From Candidatus Saccharimonadota bacterium (lineage in GTDB: Archaea; Nanohalarchaeota; Nanosalinia; Nanosalinales; Nanosalinaceae), in the NCBI RefSeq assembly GCF_047555085.1, contig NZ_CP180230.1:720001-752000 (forward strand): a stretch of DNA of 32,000 bases, in the 5' to 3' direction. Below are positions 17,098 through 25,504 of this stretch, one piece after another. Positions within the stretch are counted from its first letter, which is position 1. The number at the start of each line of letters is the position of its first letter. Position numbers and translations under genes: made by a program. The notes under the pieces were generated by a model that worked only from the letters and a program-made list of their open reading frames with translations, was not told the DNA's origin and ran no database searches.

Positions 17098-17105
17098 CTT
17101 TAAAA
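17098..17105 (-). promoter_or_regulatory. TATA-box-like element upstream of the rpoH operon
   Basis: Minus-strand TTTTAAAG lies ~66 nt before the rpoH ATG at 17031. This implies a ~40-nt leader that carries GGAGTGAT. Confidence 0.35.
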
Positions 17106-17147
17106 GGGTAGTGAGTGACGACAAAACTTATTTAAAGAAGCTCGAAG

Positions 17148-17813
17148 TTAGAACAAAGCTTCCTCCTCACTTCTCATAGAATAATAACCATCACCAACCA
17201 CCACGTGATCCAGGACATCCACACCCATCTTTTCACCCAACTCCCTCAACTCCTCTGTAACCTCTATATCCTCCTGTGTGGCAGAGGCCTCTCCCGACGG
17301 ATGATTGTGGACAAGTATCATTGCCGCAGCATTCGAATTCAAAGCTCCCTTGAAAATCTCTCGAGGCCTGAAACCGACTTCAGAGACACCGCCGTCGAAC
17401 TCCTTCCTTGCCAGAATCTCGTTGCCAGAGGAGAGATAGAAGACTCTCAGAATCTCCTCTTCCAGAAACTTCATATCGCCGCAGACAGCTTTTACATCAC
17501 TCAGCGAGGAAATCTCTTCACGCTCCTCTTTCTCCAGTCTTCTGGAAAGTTCTCCGATTGCCTGTAACTGTCCGGCCTTCACGCGAGATACACCTTCAAA
17601 ATTTTTCAGATCTTCAAGGCCTCTGTCCGCCAGCTCGTCCAGAGAATACGTGTTCAGAATCTCCGAGGAAAGTTCCTTGACATTCTTCCCTTTAGTACCT
17701 GTCCTGAGAAGTATCGATAGAAGCTCTACATCCGTCAGACCGTCCGGACCACGTTCTTCAAGCTTTTCACGAGGCCTCTCGCTTTCAGGAAGATCCTTGA
17801 TAGTATAATCCAT
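17148..17813 (-). CDS. radC: RadC-like JAB/MPN domain protein
   Basis: 221 aa. The N-terminal HhH-like region is 'ERPREKL...G...L.D.ELL.ILLRTG.KG.NV'. The JAMM motif is 'HNHPSGEA..T.EDI..T'. Confidence 0.8.
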   Translation of the reverse strand: MDYTIKDLPESERPREKLEERGPDGLTDVELLSILLRTGTKGKNVKELSSEILNTYSLDELADRGLEDLKNFEGVSRVKAGQLQAIGELSRRLEKEEREEISSLSDVKAVCGDMKFLEEEILRVFYLSSGNEILARKEFDGGVSEVGFRPREIFKGALNSNAAAMILVHNHPSGEASATQEDIEVTEELRELGEKMGVDVLDHVVVGDGYYSMRSEEEALF

Positions 17814-17848
17814 CTATCCCGAAATTTTTCGTGGCGACTTAAAAAATC

Positions 17849-18394
17849 CTAGAACTCTATAAAATCGTCTTCCGGCAGATCATCCAGCGAGGCCTCGGGA
17901 TCGACACTTATCGAATCAATTCTTATAGGGCCGGACATCTGTTCTATAAACTCTGCTGGTAGTGTGTAGAGCTCGAGGCCTTCGTGTTCTTCTGGCAAAG
18001 GTTCTACATTGTTTCCATTCCTGAGAACGAATTCTCCTTCATCTATATCTTCACTGTCTTTCATCTCGTACTGCATCTGTGTCCCGGCCTCGTTAACAAA
18101 CCTCCAGGCTCTGTTACCGGCATTAAAGGCCTCCATGACGGCATCACTCATCTTTCCATAGCCGTCGAAAAACTCGGCGTTCATCCTGTCGATAACATAA
18201 GCCGTCTTCGCAGCATCTCTGGCCAGAGAATCAACTTCTTCCACGTCTCTCTGATCTCTGACAGCCATCCGCCATTCCGTTATATTCCTGTAAGCTGCAT
18301 CAACAAGCTTCTCAGAGGCCTCTCTGTACTCCTCGGAATCCAGGTCCTCTTCAAGAACATAGTCGGCGTCGATATCGTCATCGCCCAGATACAT
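17849..18394 (-). CDS. Highly acidic hypothetical protein
   Basis: 181-aa ORF with an ATG start and coherent acidic composition. No recognisable motifs. Confidence 0.5.
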   Translation of the reverse strand: MYLGDDDIDADYVLEEDLDSEEYREASEKLVDAAYRNITEWRMAVRDQRDVEEVDSLARDAAKTAYVIDRMNAEFFDGYGKMSDAVMEAFNAGNRAWRFVNEAGTQMQYEMKDSEDIDEGEFVLRNGNNVEPLPEEHEGLELYTLPAEFIEQMSGPIRIDSISVDPEASLDDLPEDDFIEF

Positions 18395-18468
18395 GTTTTG
18401 TCACTGAAAAGCCAACACTAAAAGTTTTTCGGGTATACTTTAGAATCTAGGCCTTTCTCTACTTTTCC

Positions 18469-19263
18469 ATGAAGAAGCTGCTTGAAAATCCGGATTTCGA
18501 CGAGGCCTCTGAAATACTCGACGAATACCTGAAAAGAGATTTCACAGTCCAGATCAACGGCCTTTGTACAGTAAATTATCAGGGACGCGCCAAATCAAAG
18601 CTGGACAGAGGTGAAAGACTCGTGATAAAGAAGCAGGACTCTGCGATTCTGGTCCACGGGCCTGAGAACTATCAGCCGAAGAACTGGCAGCCGGAAGTCG
18701 ATTCATACAGCGTTGAGATAGACGAAGTTGAAGACGAGAAGACACTGGTTCTGGAGGCGAAAAGAACTAATCCTGATGAAATAGTGGAGATACGTTTCGA
18801 GGAGATCGAACTGCTTACAGTACACCAGTTAGTCGATAAATCAGATCTCAAGATCAGAGGCCACGAAGTAGACATCCACGAAGCGATCGAAGACGATCCA
18901 GAGATCGTCGAAGAAGGCCTAAAAATAGTGGAAAGAGAGAGGGAGACTCCCGCCGGATTCATCGACGTCTTCGCCCGTGATGAAAACGATAACTACGTTG
19001 TTATCGAAGTCAAGAGAAATCCAGACTACAACACAGTCTTGCAGCTCCAGAGATACGTAGATGAGATAGAAGAAGAGTTCTCCGGAAAGATAAGAGGAAT
19101 ACTTGTCGCACCGAAGATGACAGATAAAATCCTCAACTATCTGGAGGAAAGAGGCCTCGAATTCATCGAAGTCGAGATGGAAGACGTTATCGCATCGTAC
19201 GAGGCAATCGATCAGAGCCAGAAAGGCCTTTCCGACTTCGGAGCTGACTACACCGCAGAATAA
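18469..19263 (+). CDS. nucS: Endonuclease NucS/EndoMS (mismatch-specific, RecB-like nuclease fold)
   Basis: 264 aa. The N-terminal domain has 'LVIKKQDSAILVHG....P.NWQP'. The C-terminal domain has 'GFIDVFARDE.DNYVVIEVKR' and 'QLQRYV'. Confidence 0.85.
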   Translation: MKKLLENPDFDEASEILDEYLKRDFTVQINGLCTVNYQGRAKSKLDRGERLVIKKQDSAILVHGPENYQPKNWQPEVDSYSVEIDEVEDEKTLVLEAKRTNPDEIVEIRFEEIELLTVHQLVDKSDLKIRGHEVDIHEAIEDDPEIVEEGLKIVERERETPAGFIDVFARDENDNYVVIEVKRNPDYNTVLQLQRYVDEIEEEFSGKIRGILVAPKMTDKILNYLEERGLEFIEVEMEDVIASYEAIDQSQKGLSDFGADYTAE

Positions 19264-19268
19264 AATTT

Positions 19269-19931
19269 CTAGATTGTTTTACTGTCTGACTGTCCGAATC
19301 CGCCTCTGGAAGCATTGTACAAGGCCCTGATAGAGGCCTCCGGCAGAGGATAATCCCAGATCCTGACGTGAGCGATTTTTCCGTTGAATGGTTCGGTGTT
19401 GTCGGCGCGTCTTCCTATCTTCATGCTTGAGGCCGGTTGATTCAGGTTGCCTGTCTTGGAGAAAGATCCGATTTTCCGGCCGTTGTTGTACAGCTCCACA
19501 GTATTTCCATCGTATCGGACTACTGCAAAGTTCCAGGTATTCTTGAGACCGGAAACCGGTTGCTGCGTGTTACTCCATCCTTCAGCATCTGTCTGTACAT
19601 GCACCTCCAGATTATCGTCGCTGTCATCAACCTTCAGATTGATATTTTCAAAGTATCCGACCACAGAATGCCTGCTGGAATCACTGCCCTCATAACGCCA
19701 CCACGCCGCCAGAGTCAAACGATCTCCGGAAGGAAGAGCGCTGTCGACAACAATCTCATCATCAGTACCATCGAAATCCATAGCAGAACTGCCTACAGGC
19801 CCAGAAACACCATAAGATGAGACATTCGCAGTCGAAGCATGATTCTCATTGCCACTATAGTCATAGGCCTGGCCGCTACTTTCCTGCAAAGGCCAGTATC
19901 CAACAGTCCGAGTAAAAATCTTAGATCTCAT
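19269..19931 (-). CDS. LamG-like domain protein (module 2, member A2)
   Basis: 220 aa. 'MRSKIFTRTVGYWPLQE' and 'AHVRIWDYPLPEASIRALYNASRGGF' match A1; the core is divergent. Confidence 0.8.
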   Translation of the reverse strand: MRSKIFTRTVGYWPLQESSGQAYDYSGNENHASTANVSSYGVSGPVGSSAMDFDGTDDEIVVDSALPSGDRLTLAAWWRYEGSDSSRHSVVGYFENINLKVDDSDDNLEVHVQTDAEGWSNTQQPVSGLKNTWNFAVVRYDGNTVELYNNGRKIGSFSKTGNLNQPASSMKIGRRADNTEPFNGKIAHVRIWDYPLPEASIRALYNASRGGFGQSDSKTI

Positions 19932-19940
19932 AACTTCGAT

Positions 19941-20666
19941 TCAACTCCTTGAAAATCCCCAATTAGCATTTCTCCCAACATTATACAGCTTCCAGACCTG
20001 CTGCTGAGACAAGGCCTCACTGTAAATCCGGACCTCATCAATTTTTCCTTTAAACATATATTTGGACTGTCCCTGCCCATCTGCATTTGTGTCAAGACTT
20101 CCCATGATCATATGTTTTCCACTTGTATCCCCCATCGTCCCTGACGCAGATTGTTCGCTAACTTTCGAGCCGTTCACGTAGATACGTTGTTTTGAACCAT
20201 CCCAAGTGCCGGTAATATGATACCATCCAGTATTTATCACCGATCCAATTCCCGCCCGTAAATCAACTTTTCCGCCATCAAGACCTAACCTGAAGAGGAA
20301 ATCATCTGTATCATCTTGATAAGACAGGACATACGCGCCCGAGTTTCCAACCACAACATTGTAACTGCTGTTGGAACTTGAACCCGTTACTTTCACCCAC
20401 GAGGAAACAGTGAGCCGTGTAAAACCTCCTAGCACATCCCCCACGGCTACATAATCATCGCTTCCGTCGAAACTGAAGGCCTCAGAGCCTCCGACACCGG
20501 AAGCGCCTGTAGTAATTCCACCATTCAGAGATCCATCATTGCTCCCCCAGGAATCCTGTAAAGTTCCTGAACTGACATCAGAACTGTCCATACTCCAGCG
20601 TGAGACAGCAGAAGCAGGCCTCACTTTATCCGGATGAGTCGAGGCCTGTGAAATATCCCTAGTCAT
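19941..20666 (-). CDS. LamG-like domain protein (module 2, member B2)
   Basis: 241 aa. The N-terminal ~73 residues and the C-terminal 33 residues ('IDEVRIYSEALSQQQVWKLYNVGRNANWGFSRS') match B1. It has an ATGA overlap with C2. Confidence 0.8.
   Translation of the reverse strand: MTRDISQASTHPDKVRPASAVSRWSMDSSDVSSGTLQDSWGSNDGSLNGGITTGASGVGGSEAFSFDGSDDYVAVGDVLGGFTRLTVSSWVKVTGSSSNSSYNVVVGNSGAYVLSYQDDTDDFLFRLGLDGGKVDLRAGIGSVINTGWYHITGTWDGSKQRIYVNGSKVSEQSASGTMGDTSGKHMIMGSLDTNADGQGQSKYMFKGKIDEVRIYSEALSQQQVWKLYNVGRNANWGFSRS
19951..20019 (-). repeat. 69-nt block identical to 717..785
   Basis: See the partner entry. Confidence 0.9.
20476..20552 (-). repeat. 77-nt block (1 mismatch) shared with 1266..1342
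   Basis: See the partner entry. Confidence 0.9.
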
Positions 20667-22048
20667 ACATCAAGGCCTCCCATCCTCGCCAGAGTCTCAA
20701 TTTCGGATTTTGAAAGAGTTCTGTTGTAGAATCTTACATCCTGGATCTGGCCTTTCCAGTTGTAATTCCTCTGAGCCATATTTCCAATCAATATTTTTTC
20801 GTCAAGCAGAGAAGAGTCGTTAGGAATTGATAGCGAGGCCTTATTTTGAGCGTCAAGGTATACTTCATACTTATCCTCTGTGAGATCGACGACGAGTGTG
20901 AAAAAATGCCATTCGCCGTCATTAAAAGTTTCCGAACTAACGAACTCCACCAAGTTCCCTCCAGACTCGACATAATATGATCTGAATACTCCTGAATCTC
21001 TAAGTTCAGCTATCTGCCAGTCAGGAGGAGAATCAGGATCACTTCCACTCTGCAGGATAGCATTAATCGAATTAGGGGTCTCTTCAGCTTTGAACCATCC
21101 GGTAACAGTTGATCTAGACCCTCCTCCTACCGGAGAATCAGGAATCTGGATCTGATCATCGCTGCCATCGAAACTTCTGGCCTTCGCTCCTCCAAGGCCT
21201 GCGGCTGTAGTAGTACCAGTTACAGAAGTGGAATCATTGCCTCTACCAGATAGATCGTAGGCCTTCCCTGAGCCGTCTTCGTTGAGAGGCCAGTGCCCGA
21301 CAAGGCCCGAAGTCAGTCTGTCCTGATCAGTAATATTTTGAGTAGACGTCCTCTGATACAGGGCCTCTACTTCTGCTGTGCTTAGCACTCTGTCATATAT
21401 TCTGACGTCGTCTATATATCCGTCTGTGAAGTACTGTCCGTCTCCTCTGTTACCGATCTTTGTTGTATTTGAAGAGGAAGTTGATTCTGTTGCGTTCACT
21501 GTTGAGATCAGGTTTCCTCCTCTGTAGTATCTTATCTTGGAACCGTCGTAAGTCACGCAGACGTGGATCCACTGTCCCTGAGGCCAGCCGCTTTCAAGAT
21601 TGTGTTGAGAACCGCCAAACCAGAGCTGGACACCGGAACTGTAGTCGTAGCGGAACAGGGTGCCGTCACTTCCATCGTAATTTGCAAGTATGTTGAATTC
21701 ATCGCTTGACCCGCCGCCTCTGTCATATATCCATGCAGACATCGTCAACTGATCCATAGACCCGACACTGAATTTTTCACCGGTATCCACGTAGTCATCA
21801 TTTCCATCAAAGGCCTTCGCCTGACCGATCTTTCCAGATACAAAACCTGCAGAAGTATTATCTGTCCCGTCGTGATTCAGGGCCTTGTCCTCGACCGTTC
21901 CGTCAAAAGGATAATATGCAACGAGGCCGTCAGCCAGGCTTCCAAGCTCGTAACCCTGTCGGAGGCCTGAAGAGAAATCATTCCTGGCCTCGTCTGTGAG
22001 GCCTGTAGAATCTCTTCTTGTCAGCTCTCCAGGATTCCAGCGTACCAT
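20663..22048 (-). CDS. Tandem two-LamG-domain protein (module 2, member C2)
   Basis: I moved the start to the ATG at 22048 ('MVRWNPGELTRRDSTG'), by homology to C1 ('MVRWNSEELTRRDSTG') and because TTATATTT lies 21 nt upstream. The ORF-track start at 22099 adds 17 unmatched residues. Confidence 0.8.
   Translation of the reverse strand: MVRWNPGELTRRDSTGLTDEARNDFSSGLRQGYELGSLADGLVAYYPFDGTVEDKALNHDGTDNTSAGFVSGKIGQAKAFDGNDDYVDTGEKFSVGSMDQLTMSAWIYDRGGGSSDEFNILANYDGSDGTLFRYDYSSGVQLWFGGSQHNLESGWPQGQWIHVCVTYDGSKIRYYRGGNLISTVNATESTSSSNTTKIGNRGDGQYFTDGYIDDVRIYDRVLSTAEVEALYQRTSTQNITDQDRLTSGLVGHWPLNEDGSGKAYDLSGRGNDSTSVTGTTTAAGLGGAKARSFDGSDDQIQIPDSPVGGGSRSTVTGWFKAEETPNSINAILQSGSDPDSPPDWQIAELRDSGVFRSYYVESGGNLVEFVSSETFNDGEWHFFTLVVDLTEDKYEVYLDAQNKASLSIPNDSSLLDEKILIGNMAQRNYNWKGQIQDVRFYNRTLSKSEIETLARMGGLDV
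21282..21415 (-). repeat. 134-nt block identical to 2042..2175
   Basis: See the partner entry. Confidence 0.9.
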
Positions 22049-22069
22049 GGGTAGAAGTTTGTGTAATGA

Positions 22070-22077
22070 AAATATAA
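22070..22077 (-). promoter_or_regulatory. TATA-box-like element upstream of LamG module 2
   Basis: Minus-strand TTATATTT lies 21 nt before the ATG at 22048. Confidence 0.45.
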
Positions 22078-22132
22078 GCTTAATCAGAGTGTCTGTCAAG
22101 AAAAAACAGGAAATGAAAAATTGGAGGCCTTT

Positions 22133-22333
22133 TTAGAAGTCTTTGTGAATCCAGTAGCGCTCTATCTTTTCCAGATCAAGCCAGTGGATCTCGTCGTCGG
22201 CATCGACTTTGACAAGGCCTGAGCTTTCCAGGAACTCGGAGTTGTGTTTATGGAGTTCGTGTTCCTCTCCGGAGTCTGTCAGCACCATGACTTCTCCGTA
22301 CTCGTCGACGGCGTCTCGAAGTCGTTTGAACAT
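22133..22333 (-). CDS. Small hypothetical protein
   Basis: I prefer the internal ATG at 22333 (MFKRLRDAV.., 66 aa), which has AGGTGA 8 nt upstream. The long form (start 22402) would put its start 2 nt from the divergent gene's ATG. Confidence 0.45.
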   Translation of the reverse strand: MFKRLRDAVDEYGEVMVLTDSGEEHELHKHNSEFLESSGLVKVDADDEIHWLDLEKIERYWIHKDF

Positions 22334-22404
22334 ATCTTTTTTCACCTGCCTCTGAAATGATGTCCCAGTATCAAAAACCTTCCCTTTCCAATTAGAAACC
22401 ATAG

Positions 22405-24381
22405 ATGTGTGGAATCACTGGAGCACGTGAAAAAGAAACAGTAAAGGCCTTGAACAGGCATCTGAAGCATAGAGGCCAGAGCTGCAGCATCGAAGAAACA
22501 GAAAACTTTTCTCTAGGCCATTACCTTCATTCCGTCGTTGGAACAGTCGAACAACCACTGGAAGAAGAAGGCCTCCTGTCAGCGAACTGCGAGATATACA
22601 ACTGGAAGGAACTGAACAGAAAATACGGCTGGGATACGGAAAACGATGCAGAAACACTTCTCAAACTGCTTGAGAAAAAAGGAGTCAAAGGCCTGAAAGA
22701 AATCGACGGGATATACGCATTCGCATATCTGAAAAACGGTGAAATTATACTTGCACGTGACAGACTCGGCGTTAACCCGATCTGGTACTCTGAAAAAGAA
22801 TTCGCATTCGCCTCGGAGAAACAGGCTCTGGAAAAGGAAGGATTCACAGAAATAAAGGAGCTTCACCCGAGACAGATACTTGTCCACGACCTGGAGAGCC
22901 AGGAAACCTCTTTCAGGCAGAGAGAATTCTTCGAGATAACCGCGGATGAACAGGAAAAAGTTACAGATGAAAACATAGACGAAACAGCAGAACAGATCAA
23001 GGAGATATTCCTGAAAGCTGTGGAGAAAAGAGTGCCTGAAGGAGATGTCGGACTTCTTTTCTCTGGAGGCCTAGACTCCACTCTTGTGGCAGCGGCTTTA
23101 CAGGAACTCGATAAAGATTTCACTGCATACACCGCAGGGATACAGCACGGGAACGTCTCAGCTCCAAGAGACTACGAAAAGGCCCACGAAGTAGCTGAAA
23201 AAATGGGATTCCCTCTGGAAAGATACGAGGCCTCCCTAGAAGAGGTAGAGAAAGTTTTACCGGATCTTGTGGACTGGATCTCTACTACTAACGTCGTGAA
23301 GCTTGGAGTGGCTCTGCCTTTCCATTTCAGTCTGGCGCAGAAGAATCAGGCCTCTGAGCAGGTCGTTTTCACGGGATTCGGTTCCGAACAGCTTTATGCT
23401 GGTTACGCACGGCAGCAGGGATACCTGAACAAGGAGTGTCTGTCCGATCTGAGAGGGATTTTCCATGAAGATCTGTATCGGGATAACGTAGTAAGTTTCA
23501 GGAATGGCAGGGAGTTACGAGTACCTTTCCTGGATGAAGAACTTGTTGAGTATGCACTTTCTATACCTGAAGATATGAAAAGGACCGAAGAGTACCGTAA
23601 ATATGTTTTGAGGAAGGCTGCGGAGAAGCTTGGCGTCCCTGAAGATGTGGCGTGGCGGAAAAAAGTTGCTGCACAGTACGGATCAAACTTTGACAAGGCT
23701 GTAGGGAAACTGGCGAAAAACTCCGGCTTTGACCAGAAACAGAAATACGTCAACCAGTTCCGTGAAAAACCTAATAAGAAACTTGTTGCTCTTACTTCAG
23801 GAGGAAAGGACTCGAACGCAGCTTTGTTCCGCATGTGGCGTCGAAACAACGAAATATCGTGTCTTCTAACCCTGAGATCTGAAAACAAGGCCTCTTACAT
23901 GTTCGACTCGAAGAAATCGGATAAAGACCTGGAATGGCAATCAGAAAAACTTGGTATTCCGCTTATAACACAGGAAACAAAGGGAGAAAAAGAAAAAGAG
24001 CTTGAAGATCTGCGTAAAGGCCTGGAAAAAGCGAAGGAAAAATTTGATGTTGAAGGAGTTGTCGCCGGCGCTATTGAGTCAAGTTATCAGCGAGATCGCG
24101 TGGATAAAGTCGCTGAAGAGGTAGGCCTGAAAGTTTTCACACCGCTGTGGCAGTTTGATCAGAAACAGTACATGCACTGGCTTGTACGGGAAGGCTTCGA
24201 TGTTAAAATAACTGATGTGGCGGCTAGAGGTCTCTCAGAGGATTGGGAAGGCAAAGTTCTGGATAAAGAAGGTGTTGAGGATCTTCTGGAGTTAGCGGAC
24301 GAGTATCGTTTCCATCCTGCCGGTGAAGGCGGAGAGTACGAGACAAAGGTTGTCGGTTTCCCGGAAGAGCTTGTCGATTAA
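22405..24381 (+). CDS. Fusion: glutamine-amidotransferase/asparagine-synthase-like protein plus Dph6/MJ0570-type PP-loop ATPase (diphthine-ammonia-ligase-like)
   Basis: 658 aa. It has an 'MCGI' Ntn nucleophile and AsnB-like 'NCEIYN', 'DGIYAFA' and 'LARDRLGVNPIWY'. The first PP-loop is 'LFSGGLDS' (res 219-225). The second PP-loop is 'ALTSGGKDS' (res 462-470), followed by 'GAIESSYQR.RV' and 'PAGEGGEYET', typical of the MJ0570/Dph6 family. Confidence 0.8.
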   Translation: MCGITGAREKETVKALNRHLKHRGQSCSIEETENFSLGHYLHSVVGTVEQPLEEEGLLSANCEIYNWKELNRKYGWDTENDAETLLKLLEKKGVKGLKEIDGIYAFAYLKNGEIILARDRLGVNPIWYSEKEFAFASEKQALEKEGFTEIKELHPRQILVHDLESQETSFRQREFFEITADEQEKVTDENIDETAEQIKEIFLKAVEKRVPEGDVGLLFSGGLDSTLVAAALQELDKDFTAYTAGIQHGNVSAPRDYEKAHEVAEKMGFPLERYEASLEEVEKVLPDLVDWISTTNVVKLGVALPFHFSLAQKNQASEQVVFTGFGSEQLYAGYARQQGYLNKECLSDLRGIFHEDLYRDNVVSFRNGRELRVPFLDEELVEYALSIPEDMKRTEEYRKYVLRKAAEKLGVPEDVAWRKKVAAQYGSNFDKAVGKLAKNSGFDQKQKYVNQFREKPNKKLVALTSGGKDSNAALFRMWRRNNEISCLLTLRSENKASYMFDSKKSDKDLEWQSEKLGIPLITQETKGEKEKELEDLRKGLEKAKEKFDVEGVVAGAIESSYQRDRVDKVAEEVGLKVFTPLWQFDQKQYMHWLVREGFDVKITDVAARGLSEDWEGKVLDKEGVEDLLELADEYRFHPAGEGGEYETKVVGFPEELVD

Positions 24382-24400
24382 AAATCAAGGGAAAGTTTTT

Positions 24401-24883
24401 CTAGAAGATTACTGCGATAACGAATCCTGCAAGGATTGTTACTGCGATCAAGGCCTGTGTGAATGTAGAGGCCAGTATACCGAGAGCCGAGTAAATTCCT
24501 GCTTTTCTGCTTTTCTGCATATCTCCGGTTCTGAGATATTCTCTGATGAAGACTGTTAGGCCTGAGGCGATTATGACTCCGATCGGGCCTCCGAGGATGA
24601 AGAATCCTATGAATCCTGCTATGCCTGCTGCTACAGAAGTTTTACCTGATGCTCCTCCTGCTTTTGCTGTAATAGCTCCTGAGAACCAGTCTACTATGAG
24701 GCCTGTAGCTCCGAGGAAAGCTGTTATCCAGAGGAAAAGTGCTCCTGGCTCGGTGTAGCCTGTGCTCCACCAGTAGAGGCCTACTCCCAGAAGAGATGCT
24801 GCTAGGCCCGGCATTCCAGGTATTATGCTTCCTGCAACTCCGATTATGAGAAGCAGTAATGCTGCGATGAGAAAGTAGTCCAT
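24401..24883 (-). CDS. DUF456-like small integral membrane protein
   Basis: About 160 aa with four hydrophobic segments, including 'GSIIPGMPG' and the Gly-rich 'ITAKAGGASGKTS'. I prefer the ATG at 24883, which has AGGTGA 8 nt upstream. The ORF-track start at 24895 is the GTG within that SD. Confidence 0.6.
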   Translation of the reverse strand: MDYFLIAALLLLIIGVAGSIIPGMPGLAASLLGVGLYWWSTGYTEPGALFLWITAFLGATGLIVDWFSGAITAKAGGASGKTSVAAGIAGFIGFFILGGPIGVIIASGLTVFIREYLRTGDMQKSRKAGIYSALGILASTFTQALIAVTILAGFVIAVIF

Positions 24884-24913
24884 TGAAATCTTCACCTGTT
24901 GGAAATATGTGTT

Positions 24914-25049
24914 CGGGTCCGGTGGGATTTGAACCCACGACGGCCGGGTATCTTTTCCGAAAATCAGAGATTTTCTTATTCCCCGGTTCTCGTGGAGAAC
25001 CTTGAGGTGATTAAAAGCCCGGTGCTCTGCCAGACTGAGCTACGGACCC
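24914..25049 (-). tRNA. tRNA-Lys: tRNA-Lys (anticodon UUU) with a 62-nt intron at the canonical 37/38 position (24950..25011)
   Basis: Folded by hand. Acceptor stem GGGTCCG/CGGACCC. D arm GCTC-AGTCTGGCA-GAGC. Anticodon stem CCGGG/CCCGG with loop C-T-TTT-A-[intron]-A. T arm GTGGG-TTCAAAT-CCCAC. Discriminator G, and no encoded CCA. The intron contains the hairpin GGTTCTC-CAC-GAGAACC. Confidence 0.85.
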
Positions 25050-25096
25050 ATGAGAGGCCTTGTTTCAGGCCTCTATGAGTTTTTTAGTATAAATGT

Positions 25097-25336
25097 TTAT
25101 TCTGGACTTACGAAGAGTACGTTGTCTCCTCTTACGAACAGTCTGCCGTATTCTGTAGTGTTTTCTTCGCCTTTAACGGTGGCATTCTGTAGCCATACGT
25201 TTAGGTGTTTGTCGAAGGCCTGTAGTTCTCCTGAAACTGTTGTCTCCTCTCCTCCGAACTTCTTGAGTTTAATCAGTACGTTTCCTTCCTTTGCCTTATC
25301 TAGTACGTCAAAAGGACGCTTGTTGTTGTTAGCCAT
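25097..25336 (-). CDS. Archaeal Sm-like (LSm) protein
   Basis: 79 aa. Sm1 is 'RPFDVL......VLIKLK..G....SGELQAFDKHLNVWL'. Sm2 is 'LFVRGDNVLFVSP'. Confidence 0.8.
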   Translation of the reverse strand: MANNNKRPFDVLDKAKEGNVLIKLKKFGGEETTVSGELQAFDKHLNVWLQNATVKGEENTTEYGRLFVRGDNVLFVSPE

Positions 25337-25504
25337 GTAAAAGCTGCACCTGTAACACTGGATAGGCCTAACAAATTATATAAATGCTGTTAGTTTCCAG
25401 CGTTTTAAGCAAGTTCTAGACGGAATTTTTGCGGAGAAAAAATGAGGCCTCAAGGTAAAAAGTTGAGTAGTTGAGATGAGAAGTAGAGATCTGGAGAGGA
25501 GTTT

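Noticed and set aside
56-22099. A diversity-generating retroelement as the source of the variable LamG cores.
   Set aside because: The window contains no reverse transcriptase and no template repeat. The differences are wholesale non-alignable segments, not adenine-specific substitutions in a C-terminal variable region.
22049-22099. A 17-residue N-terminal extension of C2 (MTDTLIKLIFSLHKLLP) in the ORF track.
   Set aside because: The paralog C1 starts at the equivalent of 22048 (MVRWN..). A TATA-like box sits inside the extension, 21 nt upstream of 22048.
22400-22407. Divergent genes whose start codons are only 2 nt apart (22402 on the minus strand, 22405 on the plus strand), leaving no promoter space.
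   Set aside because: The minus-strand gene has a much better internal start at 22333, with AGGTGA 8 nt upstream. That restores a 71-nt divergent promoter region.
19269-25049. LamG module 2 as part of a provirus or island integrated at tRNA-Lys.
   Set aside because: I saw no integrase, capsid or terminase gene and no duplicated copy of the tRNA 3' end. The module is separated from the tRNA by housekeeping-type genes.
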